From the NCBI GenBank assembly GCA_965112155.1, contig OZ218098.1: a DNA stretch of 64,000 nt. One strand, 5' to 3'. The notes under the pieces are model-generated. The model ran no database searches. It was given only the letters and a program-made list of their open reading frames with translations, and was not told the origin of the DNA. Both the position numbers and the translations under genes were made by a program. Below are positions 49,210 to 63,034 of the stretch, in pieces; within the stretch, counting starts at the first letter, position 1, and each line of letters starts with the position of its first letter. The DNA comes from Podarcis liolepis (Eukaryota).

Positions 49210-50830
49210 TTAGTTCTGCCTAATGTTAATCAGTCCTCCTGTGTGGCAGCACTGAACACCCTGTGCATATTAGGAAGGCAACTTCAGTGTATTGTTCTCA
49301 GATGCTGCTTAAAACCCCTTTTTGTTTTGGCAGGCCTACCCTGCATGAATGTAAATGTTCTTTAACATGTATCTCTACAGGAGCCTGTAATTCCACACAG
49401 TTCTGGCAAGCCATAGTTTGGCTTACTGTGATGTACAAATGAGGCATAGCAGGACGTCAAGTAGAGACGGGTGAATCCATCTGTATGTCCAGCCAGTGGT
49501 GCTTTCACATGTGTCCGCTCATAAATATGTTCTATCTTGTTTCTGCATACATCTGCTAATCTTTTTTTTTTTAAGAAACAGCTGTGGCAGTAGCCTATCG
49601 AAAGGTTAACTGAGGCAATCCACCACTTGTCAAAATTGTTCCTTCTTTCTTTCACGTGGCTTCAGAAGCATCCTTGCAATAACTTGGATCAGAAGGACTA
49701 GGAATTTCCTTGGCTCCCGGAATCACACAACAGCCTCCTGAGCTAAAGACAAAAGGAACTCAAGTGTTCCTGTTCCTTGTTTGTCCACCCCCACCCCCAC
49801 CCGCCGGCTATCAGTCTATACAAGAGAGAGAAAAGGGAAGACAGACCTAGGAGATCTATACACTATAATATTACCAATAAATTTGCCTCAGAAAAAGGAA
49901 ATGGGAGAATTTGTGCTACTACTTTGGTTTGGCTTTTTAAAAACCTCAAAAATAACACCTTCTCACTCAATTTATTCTGTGCACGGCATCAGGCACAATA
50001 CAAGGATGACAATAAATGGGACCGTCTGGAATTTGAACAGTGTATAGATCAAATGCCTTACATTTGCTCAGCTCCTTCTCATTTAGCCAAGAATGGATGT
50101 GTCTCTTGATTGTCTGCACCAGAAATAATTGTGTCTCATATATCCCCAGTCAGATGCCTTTAAGTGACCAGTGAGACAAGACCATGGGAAAATGGCCCTG
50201 CGACACCTGTTGTACCCAGGAAGACTCTGCTCATCTCTTAACTGATTCCCCTGTGGTACAGGTGAATGTCAGTCCTCATTGATTATTGATTTGGATCTGA
50301 CAGTCAAATGTTAGCACTGGAACAATACACAGAAGGGGACAAAATATGCTCTCTCTCTCCTTTTCTTTCATGTGCATGTAGCAAACCAAGTTTAGCATGA
50401 TCCTGCAAAGACCAACGTGGAACTGTTTATCATTGTCAATAGTGTGGTGCCCTCCAGATATTGCAGAACCCCAATTCCCATCATCCCAGACATCCTGTGT
50501 TCGCTGGGATGGACTGGACTTATGAAATTCCCACAATCCTTTTCCTTCAGAAGGTATCAGAAGGATCATGAGAACTAGAGGTCATACATGCAATAGCTGG
50601 TAGACTTCATGCACAGCCTGAATGTCCCACTACATGTGCAGGGCATACCACTGGAAAGGATCTTTAAAAGAATGGCTACGCATTGGAGGCTATAAGGGTT
50701 AGTCTGAACCACTGTTTTCATATGTGGCAGGACTGTAGGGGAAAGTGCATTTGGGCTAAGTTAGTGTGCCACATAGCGTGGCTCAGTATAGCTCAGGACA
50801 GAAGTTTCCCTCTCTGGTTGCTGGACTTAC

Positions 50831-51214
50831 CCCGCTCACACGTTCTCCCCCAGTAGCCAGTGCCAGTGCAGTCACAGATGAAGCGGTTCCAGCCATCTTT
50901 GCAAACAGCATTGTTCTTACAGGGATAGCTGTCGCACTGCTTGGTGTTGTGCCGACTGCAGGATGATTTGACCCCGGCAGCGTTCTGCTGTTCCGCCAGC
51001 TGCCGGATGTTCTTGCTCCGCCCATCGATGAAGAGATCTCGGATGCAGCCCACATAGCCATAGTTCAACATGGCTGTCCAGAGCTCAGTAGGGAGGACGA
51101 GGCCTGCCCGGTTTTCAGGCAGTCCGCCCAGATACATGTCCCCTTCCAGATCCAAGATCTCACTCTCCCCGCTAGCAGTGAAAGGTGTCCGTCTGCTGTT
51201 CACCGATATAGTGC
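50831..51214 (-). CDS. NRXN3: Neurexin-3-alpha internal coding exon (384 nt, phase 1 to 1): rest of LNS3 and EGF2
   Basis: (G)[37 protein letters not shown]...[35 protein letters not shown]. Acceptor tctttctttcag|GC; donor CGGG|gtaagt. In frame with both neighbouring exons. Confidence 0.97.
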
Positions 51215-53768
51215 CTGAAAGAAAGAGATCACGTCAGCCAGCAGCCACAGTTGTGGCACAAGTCAAGTTCTCGTGGCAGTTTGAATCCTGGTGAAAGGAT
51301 GGGGTTTTGGCACAGGAGAGTGAAGATGTCAGCTGAGACAAAACACAGCTGACACAGAAAACTTGTCCTGAAATGCTTTGCTGCCCTCTGCTAAGCCTGT
51401 CAGACAGCAGAGGCACAGAATAATAAAACTGATAGGTTGGAAGACAAACGAAGGACGTCCAACCCAATCCTCTGCAATGATGCAGGAACCTCAAATGGCT
51501 ATTTTTGCACATATAGCCTTGGAAGTCCTACATCAACAATCTGGCAGTCTGGCGCAGGAAGATTTGGGAGGAAGAGCAAGTGTTCTCTCTTAGGCTCATG
51601 CTGGAACTCAAGACAGTACACACCTCGATACAGTGCACAGTGCAGATCTCAAAGATTAGTGTGAAATAACAGCATCACAAAGCACTGGTCCACACCTGGC
51701 CCACAAATTTAAGCCCACTCATGTATACGAAAATAATGCATCCTCTAGTTTTTCAAATTACAGTGAGGGCAGAAAGAATACTAAGGAAGAGGGATCCATA
51801 GCTTGGTTAGAGACCATATTGATCTGCATGCTGAAGGTCCAGATTTCAGTTTCTGAAAACTCTAGGGATAAGGGAACTGAATTCCTGGTCTACAGACCAG
51901 GAGCAGCAGTGGATTGGGGTCGTCCCACCTTAGCAGCCACCCACCTGCTGACCTTTTTTCATGGGCATTACCATTTGGAGATTGCCCCATTGAAATAGAC
52001 GGGACAAGCTTCTTCCTCTAAAGAGACCATAAAGCTACAGGATCTCCTTCTATTAAAATCAGAGTAATATTGTTTAAAATCCCATCTACTTGAAGCAGGA
52101 AAATTCAGCACAAAAGTAGCTCTGTCCCACTAAAATCACCTGTACTTTGAAGTGCTGAACTATGGTTGGATTCTGCACTTTCTAATCCACCCACCAATAC
52201 AGCATTATTGTCCCGTTGATTTCCATTGAAAATAGCAAAGCTTGTTAGAACACATGCTACACATAAATGGGCCTTAATGAATACAATCATATAATCACTA
52301 ACTGAACCCCATGTGGCTTACATCTGAGTAGACATGTATAGAATTGCACTACAAAATGTTCAGCTTGGGTTGGATTCTGCTTGTTCCTTTTATATTTCTA
52401 ATGCTAAATGTTGTTACCCAGAGGCCAGATATCTGCCATATATGTAAGCAAGACTAAGAAGCAATGAATGCTGCTGATTGAATTTATCCTCGCAAGTTAA
52501 TTAAATGCAAACCAACCTGCCCCACACAAAAATCAATTATTTGATTACTTATTTACATCCCCATAAAATGCTGGAATTTCTCAACAACAAGCACAGCTGT
52601 TGCAAACCTGCTAACCTTAAACTATAGTAGGGTTGAAGAAGAAAATACAAATTTCTCCTAGACCTCTGAGAATATTTTTCTGGCTAAAAAAATAATACCT
52701 AAGTAAGCTAGATAATTCTGTACTATCTACTGAAGGTACGTTGTTTTGAAAAAGCAGAAACATCAAATTCCAGCACCATTCATCCCACATCCAGTCTCCC
52801 TCTATATATGATTCCCAAATGCAGTGTGGGTTTAAAAAACAAAAACTTGGAAGCTGGAATGACATAAGGGAGTACAAAAAATAGAATCTCCACAATGAAG
52901 ATAACAGCAAATATTTAAATGTCTCGTAGTACCAAAGGAACTGAATGCCTGCCCTAGGAATTTGTAACATCCCTCCCACCCCCAGCTTTTCAACAATAAC
53001 CTTTGTTATTGCTTTTCTCAAAATCCCAGGGGTGGATTTCATCTTAGAAGGAACCTTGACATTCTACCCGGATTTTGTTGCAAATTAAATCTGATGGCAG
53101 TATAAGGATTTCCAAAACTCTATTGTGAAATTACACTAGATTTATTTATTCCCGCTTCCCTTGAGATTCCCCAGATGCTCCATGCTGGGGAAAACACGTG
53201 TTTGATTTGAATTCCACATTAGGAGGAACTTCGGTGGCAACTCTTGCCTGGCATAGTAGCGATGGTGGCTAGGTTCAGAATTTCACGGTTCAGAAATTAG
53301 CACCCCCAATGCTGAATATCCTGGTGCCCCTTCCAAACTGGACTCAAACTCCTCTAAAGTTCAGCACAATTAGCAATCAGGTTTGACCATCTCTGGTCTC
53401 CCTGCCACACACCCTTCACTTTTGCGCACAAATTCATAGGGCAACAGCAATGGCAATCGGAAGAGGCTCTAGTGATGGAGTCATAGCAGCATCCCAGGTG
53501 CCAGGAATCAAAGGAATTGTCATGTCCAGGGTTCCTGCCCTAGAAGAGGAATGGCTATGTATTGTTATCAGGCTGACCAGCCAGCAGTTCCCCAGATTTG
53601 CCTTTCATCCTTTCCTGAAGGCAGAGACAATATTTTTCCGTCTCTGGTCTCCAAGAATTCTCGAAGGTCAAAGACCAGTGGTCTTTGATCCTGTTCTTCA
53701 ACCATCATAAAGGGTCTGTGTTTCTATAGTTGGGGCTGGACTATTCCCAGGAATTTTTTTCTACATAC

Positions 53769-54207
53769 CTGATCTGCCATCTCTCTGAATATCAACGTGA
53801 TACCATTCTCCATCATTAGCTTTCCTCTGAGTGGCCTTCACTTTGACTGTTCCAGAGCCCATGTCGAGAAGCAGGTAGAGGTTCCCATCCAAGAGTTCCA
53901 CTGCAAAGAAGTCCACTTTGGTGTTCTTCTGGCTCCTGGAATCTTTCCTCTCCTGGGGCTTGCCGTGGGTGAAGAGTATAAGACCATTTGGCTCTGTGGT
54001 GCGGAAGTCAAAGGAGATGGACCCCATGCGCTTGGTGTTCCACTTAGGCAGGCTAATGTAGGCCTCGGGTGTCTCAAAATTGATGGGGTCCAGTGTGGCC
54101 ACGTTCTCACACATGAACTTCACCTCCCCATAGATTTTCATTTTTGTGTCACCAATCCTCGCCAAGCGAGACAGCTCCAGACGGATGTCGTTATTCTTAT
54201 AAACAAC
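53769..54207 (-). CDS. NRXN3: Neurexin-3-alpha internal coding exon (439 nt, phase 0 to 1): end of LNS2 and first part of LNS3
   Basis: Translates as [29 protein letters not shown]...[57 protein letters not shown]...[15 protein letters not shown](G), the NRXN3-type sequence. Acceptor ccctgacag|GTT at 54208/54207; donor TCAG|gtatgt at 53769/53768. Confidence 0.97.
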
Positions 54208-55290
54208 CTGTCAGGGACAAGGGAAAACACCATACATCAACCCAGGAGATAACCTACACTTTGGAAATACGCACCCAAAGAAGCTCTCAGGATTGGGGTG
54301 AGCCTGCATGGGATTCTAGGTTAGGACTATGTTTAGGAATAACACTCATTGGCATTGTATAGCATCCAGAGATCACGTAAGAACAAGAGGCAAAATTCAG
54401 AGAAGTTCAAGCGCTCAGTGGTGCTCCAGCTTCTTGGTTGTCCTTGAAGATGTCCAGCCTCAGAGCTTTACATCCCTTTAAAAAATGATTGAAGCTTTAA
54501 CCCTATGTGCAAACTGACCCTTTCGCTTGTACTGGCGGTCTCAGTTCAATCACTCTCTCTAATAGAAAACTCACTTGGTGAGTGCTGATGGGATGCTAGC
54601 CAGAACAGGCTCACTGAGAAACAATATGTCAGAAAGAAATGGTAGTTATTGCAGTCCCAGTCACAGCATCCCCACACCTGTGCAGTGTCTCCAGCTAATG
54701 TGCCATGAATAAACTCAAGTAGACAACAATTTGGGTCAAAAATGGCCACGACTTTATTGATTCCAGATGTAGGTGGATTTTGCACTGGGTATATATCCAA
54801 CTTCAGCCCCCGGCAGAGGGCTGAAATGTTTTCAGTGTTGTACCAAAGATTAAGGCATCCCCAAGATGCCGATCTACTGAGGTGGCCAGCCTAAGGCCGC
54901 CACTGGAAGCTCTGTGGCTGGCCTGCCCCATACTCAGCTTCTGGACAGAGTCTTCCACCCAGACCCCTTTAACAGGGTATCCTGAATACACCACTGGTTT
55001 GGTCCACCTGTTACTGTCAGTGCACTGCCTACACTTTTAGAATTACCACCTATGTTTTGAAGTGCTTTTCAATGTGGTGTTGGCCTGTTTGCTTCTGGTC
55101 CAGTGTGTTGTAATCCACTTTGGGATCAATACAGTGAAGAGTGGGCTTGTGAAAATGATTAAGTAATCAATAAATATCAGCAGGCTCAGAGAAACCACAA
55201 GGTTTGCAGAAGCACAATGAACATTTCAGGGCAAAAATGGCCACCGGGGGTGGGGGTGGGGAACACACTTAAAAAACAGGCCAGTGAGGA

Positions 55291-55472
55291 CAGGGCCGGT
55301 CCAAGACATTTTGGCACCTGAGGCAGACCCCAAAACAGTGCCCCCTTTCTCACCAGGGAAGAAAGGGTGAGGAAAGATCTACATCAGAAACAAGATTGAG
55401 AGCAGGATCTGCTGCCCCTGTGGATTCTGCAACCCGAGGGGTTGCCTCACCTTGCCTCATGGGTGGGCCCTG
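55291..55472. mobile_element. hAT-type MITE
   Basis: CAGGGCC...GGGCCCTG termini. 8-bp TSD agtgagga/agtgaaga (7 of 8 match). Confidence 0.65.
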
Positions 55473-58400
55473 AGTGAAGACAGAGAATGTTCAGTGGCCA
55501 TGTTGCATGTCTGTGACAGGGAAAAGCAAAAAAATGGAGGTGGCAGGGGAATGAAATTGAATGTCCTAGAAGCAGGGATGTAAGGAGGCAGAAATTTCCT
55601 GTTTCCACCACAACTGGTGCTGTTTCTGTTCTGCTACATTTTGGCTTCTACAGTTTTCATCTCGTTATCTGCTATGGCTGAAACGAACACAATTAATTAT
55701 GTAATCGGTTACGTAATTAAATTCAGTGCATTTTAATAGAAGGGAAACATTTCCCCCCGCCCCTGCACAAGAAAGTGAGAAGATAGTATAATTATGCAAT
55801 GTTGTGGGCTAAGATGGCCAATGATAGCAAATTGTGGTGATTTCTGCTCCAAATTCCATCAGAATTCTGCAGTATCCCTGCCTAGAAAAGGACAGGGCTG
55901 GCAGGCTTGAACAGGAGCACTCCACCGTGCAGCACATTGTTGCTCATTTGTAGGCAAGCTTGAGAAACCCAATTCTTCTGAATAAGATAGAAACATCTGT
56001 GTAAGGCACACAGGAAGACCCACTGAATTTAATGGGACTCCCAGAGACTTATACAGATCACAGCAGCTGTGCAGCTCATCTTTACATGGAAATGAGTCTC
56101 TGTGAGACTGACTTTCAAGTAAGACTGGACAGGATGACCGCCTGTTCCAATGTGTGCTTTGTCCTACTTAGTTCAATAGGAGTGACTCCTTAGTATGAGT
56201 GGATAGGATTGCAACTTCACTGATTTGCAGGTTATCACTGCAATCCTGTGCACATAGGAATAAACCCTCTTGAACACTAATGAGATCTGGGCTATTAGCC
56301 TCTTGCAACAGGGCTATAACTCTATGAACATTTACTTGGGTGTAAATCATGCAGTTACTTGCAAGCAAGGATGGATAGGACCAGCCGATAGGAGGACACT
56401 AGATTGTGCCATCTTCATACACTAAAGACCAAATAGAAACTGATGAACAAAAAGTCCACCCCCTCAAAAAAAAAAAAAAAAAAACCCCGCCCCTGTGCCC
56501 TCAAGTCCCAAAGCAGCACCACAATGCTTTCCTCCACTTCTTACGTCAAGGGTACTGGCATCTGCTAAGCAATACTGACAAGAGGACAATATATTATCAA
56601 GCACCCTTACAAAGGCTTTGCTAGTCTGCAGCACATAAAGAATCTCATCTGTGTTATACAGTTTTGATCTTGACTCAATAAAAAAAATTCCTTTCTAATC
56701 AGATGGCTTTTCTCCATCCATCAAAAGAGCCTCTCTGCAATCAACTAAAGATGCAGAGAGGGAGAAAGTGAGAGTGTGCCACACTTGGCAAGAAGCCAAT
56801 GTGCATTTTATTTCAAGTCTGGTAGAATTAAGAAGGAAATATTGCCTTGGGCACACTGGTTGACACGCTCCCTTGGGCAACGCCCATATGTAGTTGGCCA
56901 CTAGATGTCCCCATTGCCTTGCACTGCACAGAAACGTTCCCTGTCAGTTGTAGAAATGCCTTCTCGAGATGGACTGAGTCGAAAGAAGGTTTTAAAAATG
57001 TAGCTATTTTCCACTTGCTGCTCCCATTCCAGGGGCAGGAAGCTTTCAACCCCCTCAGTGTGCCCCCCCCAAAAAAATGGGCCCATCTCTTGGCCACTGA
57101 CTCTGCTACGCATTCATTTGCAGTCTTCCATTGGCTACAATCGCACCACTCCCCCCAGCCTGCATGGGGAGCCTGTTTAATTTGGGGGAATGCACAAACT
57201 TTTAAGGAATATACACAGAGCCCTGCTGCATCATGCTAATGGCCCATCTAATCCAGCATCCTATTCTCACAGTGGCCAATTAGATGCTTCCAGGAAACCC
57301 AAAAGCAGATCCTGAACACAACAGCCACACACACCATGTAGTTTCGAACAAGTGACATTTAGAGACAGTGGAGGTAGAACATACTTATCATGGCTAGTAG
57401 CAACTAACAGTTTGATCCTCCATGAATTCATCGAATCCTTTGTGAGTCAGGAAAAGCTGAAGAACCTGTTAAGTTGCCCCTTATATGAGCATGAGTCTTC
57501 CAGTCCCTGTCAAACAGATTCACCCTGGACCATTGCCATCAAAGTAGCATAAATAAACTGATGTTTTAATGTATTTTTCAGCTTCTGTTGCAAGCTGCCC
57601 AGAGTGGCTGGGGAAACCCAGCCATATGGGTGGGGCAGAAATAATAAATTATTATTGTTGTTGTTGTTGTTATTGTTGTTGTTGTTATTATTACTTGCTT
57701 TGGGAGCTAAGAAAATGAGAACTAGGTTCCAAAAAAAAACCTGAGTGGGCAGGATGCGCTTCTGTTTTGCTTTAATGCCTTTTTAACTTATCATGGAGGA
57801 GCAATGTGTGGTTTACATTGTATGTGTCAGGGGAAGGAGTTTTATTTTTCTGTTTTCTTGTGATAACTATGTCAAAATGATTGTTCGTGTGTTGTATCTA
57901 TATTGTGGGATCCTATGGCTTCAAACAACAAAGCTTCATTCTCCATCCTCTTTTAAAGACACCCAAGTTTTCCTGAGCAAATCCCTTGAGCTTCATGTCC
58001 ATTTAAAAACAAGCTGTCTAAACCTGGATTTTACTATTCTGATGTTGGCTTGTTTGAAGACACAATTTTTATAATGGCTGACCATCCATTGTCTGTGGCG
58101 CCTGTCTCCACGATAATGCCCACGGCAGCTTGTGCACTGCATGGTGCCCTGATGCTAAGCTAAACTGATGGGCAATTAGAGCAGAAGATCAATTATCCAT
58201 ACCTCTCTTATCTAAATGTCCTAGTTATCCAGATTCACAATATACACAAAGTATATATATGCAAGTTGGCATAATCCTGTGCAAATATCACTCCTATTTA
58301 CCCAAATGTCTGAATGAGCAAATGCTTTTTGATAATAAAAAGGCTCCCCTGATGCTCCTATTCAAACAAATTAGGTTTTTAGTGATGTTTGGGAGATCGG

Positions 58401-59283
58401 TTTCCACGATCAAATTGTGCAGTGTGTGTGTGTAGGGTGGAGGAGAATCTCCCTATTGTAATGCTTGAATACAAGGGAAATACGCTTCACTGTCTAAAGA
58501 TAACTTTCTGGTGGGAATTGGTTTCGCTTCGGTCAGAAGAATATGGAATTCTGTTTATCAAGCTTCATGGTTAAAGGCAAGAGATTTGCTGCAAATAAAT
58601 ACAATAAATAACATGCACTCACCTTGATATGCAACTGTTACCTGAAAGGCTCCTGCAGTACTCAAATGCCAGAATACGAATCAAAATATGGAATGTAATA
58701 AAAGACCCCATTAACAGTGAAGTGTGACCAATGCCTGTAATTTCATGGTTCAGAATGTGAATCTCAGCAACTTGCAATGCTCACCTCCATTCTGAGGTGA
58801 GCAATATGACATCATAGTTCCTTTCTGGCTTGGATTGTTACCTGAGCCAGAGAAGAACTCTGGGCTCCCTGGCTGCAGTGGCAGAGACTGAAGGTCTTTC
58901 TTTCCCAGATACCTGAAATGCTGAAACAAGGAAATTCCAGGTACCAAGGAGTTTGAGTCATGCTTTGGCAACAGAGGCCTCCGCTTCCCTCTACCCCATA
59001 CCTTGCTGCAGGTAGGGGAGGCAGTGAGAGAGTCTCTCCTTCCCTTCTGGTCTCATATATGCTGGTGCTAGCAAGGAAGGGATAGGCCCCTCTCTCCAGC
59101 TCTGCTGCCACAGCAGTCACAGAAAGTTAGGATGGGGAGGAGCCAAGAGAGACATGGAGATGTTGTCACCAAAGCAGCAGTCTAGTAATAGGGCTTAATT
59201 GTTATTTCCTATTTCAAGAGCACCAAAAAAATTGCCTTATAGCAACTCAGTTCACTGGTCATCTAGCTCAGTATGGTCTACAC

Positions 59284-59767
59284 CAGTGTTTCCCAACCTT
59301 TTTTGGGCAAAGGCACACTTGTTTGATGAAAAAAATCTCGAGGCACACCACCATTACAGCCCCATGATGTCAGCGCGCAGCGTCACGCCGGGAGGGACGC
59401 ACGAAAGTGTAAGTTTCAATTTTTTCCCTCCCCCTTGCCGGGGAACCTCCAAGCTTTGGGGGTGGGGGGGAGGAGGCAGCAAAGCGAGGCAGGAAGGAGA
59501 GCGCAGCTTGGCTGGGTGAGCTTTGGCAGGGGCAGGGAATGAGAGCCGCGAGGCGGGCGCTGCGGACGGAGGCGCTGCCCGCCGAGCTCGCAGGCAGCCA
59601 GGCAGGCAGATGGCGAGAGCCCCGCGCTGGGCGGCCTCTCCTCGCCGCCGCCGCCCCGCCTCTTGCCACCCGACTCACCCGCCTCCCTCCAGGCAACATC
59701 TTGCGGCACACCAGGCAACATCTTGCGGCACACTAGTGTGCCGCGGAACAGTGGTTGAAAAACACTG
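59284..59767. mobile_element. Young hAT (Charlie-like) non-autonomous transposon nested in an older SINE
   Basis: TIRs CAGTGTTTCCCAACC / GGTTGAAAAACACTG, perfect 8-bp TSD gtctacac (59276-59283 and 59768-59775), very CpG-rich interior. Confidence 0.9.
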
Positions 59768-60466
59768 GTCTACACTGACTGGTAGCAGCTGTTCAGGGTT
59801 TCAGACAAGGAACATTCCCACTTCTACTTGGAGATGCTGGGAATTGAACCCAGCAGTTCCCTCATTCAAAGAAGATGCCTAGCCTTTAGTGATTGGGCGG
59901 AGCAGTCCTGGAAAGATGCTCTTTCAGATACTAAAGTTATTTAGAAAGACAGCAACCAATGGGCATCTGGAGAAAGGCATTTGGACCCGGGTGTGTTTCA
60001 GAAGATGTTATCAGGAGCATGACAGGACCTGATATGGACTAGTAAACATCTAGTTATATTATATTCCATCATTTTAGGAGAATAGTTTAACTATGATTGC
60101 TTATGAATCGGTCTCAAAGGGGTCAATAATCCTCATTAACTGTGTTTACATAATGCTTTTGGAAGGTTGAATGTGAGAATTCAAGATCCGGTTTTTGAAT
60201 ATCCAAGCTCAGCTTCTTGTTTCCAAAACTGGTGGCGAATTGGAAATCATATTTAGGTAACTGTCAGCATTCTCCTGTGTAGTGCTGAGCCAAATGAGAT
60301 TTCAAAAAAGGAACTGAAGTAGACATCAAGGGAACAATCAGAACTTTGTTAGACTTTCTTACACTCCACTACTACACACTAACTTAAACTACACACCCTT
60401 CTCCAATTTTATGTTCTCTTTTTATTACTGGGAATCCAGCCAGATGGATGGAGTATAAATAATACA

Positions 60467-60522
<56 letters not shown>
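60467..60522 (+). repeat. (TAT)n microsatellite, tail of an L2-type 3' end
   Basis: Seen directly, preceded by ccagccagatggatggagtataaataat. Confidence 0.9.
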
Positions 60523-60523
<1 letters not shown>

Positions 60524-61425
60524 TACCCTTACTTAAAACAGAATATTCTACTAACATAGGTAAAAGAAAAAAGAAAAACAAGGAAATCAGATCCTGCCAT
60601 ATGTTGCAATAAAACTATATTTTCTCGTTTTTTTAAATGCATTTTACAGTTCAGTTTTTTTACTATTATTTTCAGTTACATATGAGAGAGGGCATCATGA
60701 TTTTTTTCAGTGCTTTTAAAGGTCTTATCTGGCCCTCTGCATGAGGACAATCAGATCCCTGGCACCTGTTGGAACTGTTTGTCTTGGGTTTTATGGTAGA
60801 AGTCCAATACCACACATGGGCCATTACATTATATTTATTATTCACTTGCGGCATGGACCTTCCCTTCACTGTGCTCTGAGGATTCATATATTTTGTGCTT
60901 AAAATCTGGAAACAATCATGCGTGATGCATTATGGATTTCTCCATTGAAAGAGGTCTGGTTTTTAGGTGCGTGCCTGTGTCTTGCCTGGGACAAATTTAT
61001 GGGGGACTCCCAACCATATGTTGAAGTGTATTCCTCAATTACAGGAGCACCTCTTTTCTGGACGCTAAGCAGCCTTGAACAGTAGCTTTGCTTTACTTGT
61101 GGAGGGGAGGGTACTTAAAGAGAGGAAGGGGGGGGGAAACATACCTTTTGTCTTTCCAGTCCAACTAAAGACTTCTCCTACTGTGAAATATGGCACTAAC
61201 AGGCTCTGTTGGGTGGGATGGGGGATGCTGGCTACCAGCCCTGAACCTCAAACGTTTATTGCTGTATAGTAGATTGGGGAAAGTTTTCAATGAGTGATAA
61301 GGTGTGTGTGTGTGTGTTTCTTTTCTTTTTTCTGCCTACTGAAACATTACCTGAGGAAAGATTGGAAACAAAAAAGAAAACTTATAGTATGCATCCTTTT
61401 GATTCTAATCCCTGCCTCCAGGATA

Positions 61426-61781
61426 AAAGTAAAGGTAAAGGGACCCCTGACCATTAGGTCCAGTCGTGGCTGACTCTGGGGTTGCGGCGCTCATCTCGCT
61501 TTATTGGCCGAGGGAGCTGGCGCACAGCTTCTGGGTCATGTGGCCAGCATGACTAAGCCGGTTCTGGCGAACCAGAGCAGCACACGGAAACGCCGTTTAC
61601 CTTCCTGCCGGAGCGGTACCTATTTATCTACTTGCACTTTGACGTGCTTTTGAACTTCTAGGTTGGCAGGAGCAGGGACTGAGCGATGGGAGCTCACACC
61701 GTCGCAGGGATTCGAACCGCCAACCTTCTGATCAGCAAGTCCTAGGCTCTGTGGTTTAACCCACAGCGCCACCCGCGTCCC
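61426..61781 (-). mobile_element. Sauria SINE, full length
   Basis: Same family as above. 13-bp TSD tgcctccaggata at 61413-61425 and 61783-61795. Confidence 0.9.
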
Positions 61782-62622
61782 ATGCCTCCAGGATACTATA
61801 CTGTATATACTGTTTGGCACAAGCAAGCCAATTTCTCTTTTCCTTTCAACTAATTATCCTCAACATTCTATGGTTCTACGGTCAACATTTCATGTTTAGA
61901 AGTTGCTTTTATTTTAACTGAATATGCATACCCAGGCAGATCCTAAAGTATGCAGAAGCCAGTTTTGGATGGGGACATTTCACTTCCTAACTGATCTGCC
62001 CGGACTACCTGTGCTCAGTATTAGAGGGAATGGTGATAGGTTTATCAGCACCTATTAGTGTTTATAGCTGCTTAGAACCTTCATGTTCATAAGCAGTATA
62101 TCACTGAATACCATCTGATGAAGAAGAGTGAGGGAAGCCTACTGCCTTTGTGCTCTGCTTGTGAACTTCTCAGAGACCTCAGGCCAGCTACTGTGGGAAA
62201 CAAAATGGTAGACCAGATGAACCTATGGTCTGATCCTACATGACTCGTGTGTTCTTAATATAGAGGATGACATTTTGCATTATCTATTGCTACAGTGGAC
62301 CTGAAGATTCATATTCTATTAGTTATTAATTAGGGTGATAGGTATGTCAGTGGTCTTTCTTGTGTTCATCCTTTAAGAAGAGTGGTTAGCATTTGCTCCT
62401 TTTAAACCTATTGTTGGATGAGTATTTCAAGTTTTTGTTTACTGCGGTTTTTAATCTGAGTTCAATATCTTTGTTATTTTATTTTCACTGTGTAAGTTTA
62501 TTTGACTGATCATTGATTATGTAATTTCTATGCTGCTTAATATATTAAAAATATATCTACGAAGCGTACAACAAAAATGAAGCAACAACAGACAACTTAA
62601 AATATTACAGAATTACACAGCT

Positions 62623-62723
62623 GTATCTGAAGAAGTGTGCATGCAAACAAAAGCTTATACCAAGAACAAACTTAGTTGGTCTCTAAGGTGCTAATAGACA
62701 ATTTTTTTATATATTTCGACTGC
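62623..62723 (+). mobile_element. Penelope-like element terminal fragment
   Basis: gtatctgaagaagtgtgcatgcaaacaaaagcttataccaagaacaaacttagttggtctctaaggtgcta, the same family as above. Confidence 0.65.
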
Positions 62724-62958
62724 ATATAAAAATGTTGCATTAATATAGCTAAATCAATATCAATTCATTTTCCCTCTGACACACCTTCCCTCAGCCTTTG
62801 GGTTCTCACTCAGAAGCCAAACAAATTCTCATTTCACCTACAAAAGTCTCCTAAGGAGAAGAATTCCTAGAAACAGCAGGCATCACCCTAAACTCTCAAG
62901 GTGGCTGATACTTCCTCATTCAGCTGCACCTTCCACACCCAGTTTCAGCAGGTTTGTT

Positions 62959-63034
62959 GAGTTTCCCAGGGGGTCCAGATTTTTCCAGGGGGTCCAGAGT
63001 TTCCCAGGAGGTCCAGAGTTTCCCAGGAGGTCCA
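62959..63034 (+). repeat. Minisatellite, 4 x 19 bp
   Basis: Unit gagtttcccagg(g/a)ggtcca. Confidence 0.85.

Noticed and set aside
53797-54252. 151-aa plus-strand ORF and the overlapping 90-aa minus-strand ORF
   Set aside because: Antisense and alternate-frame shadows of the real NRXN3 exon.
59370-59882. Several overlapping Ala/Arg/Gly-rich ORFs and a CpG-island promoter interpretation
   Set aside because: Explained by the GC-rich interior of a hAT element with TIRs and TSD.
62959-63034. CRISPR-like or other prokaryotic repeat array
   Set aside because: Head-to-tail minisatellite without spacers, in a vertebrate intron.
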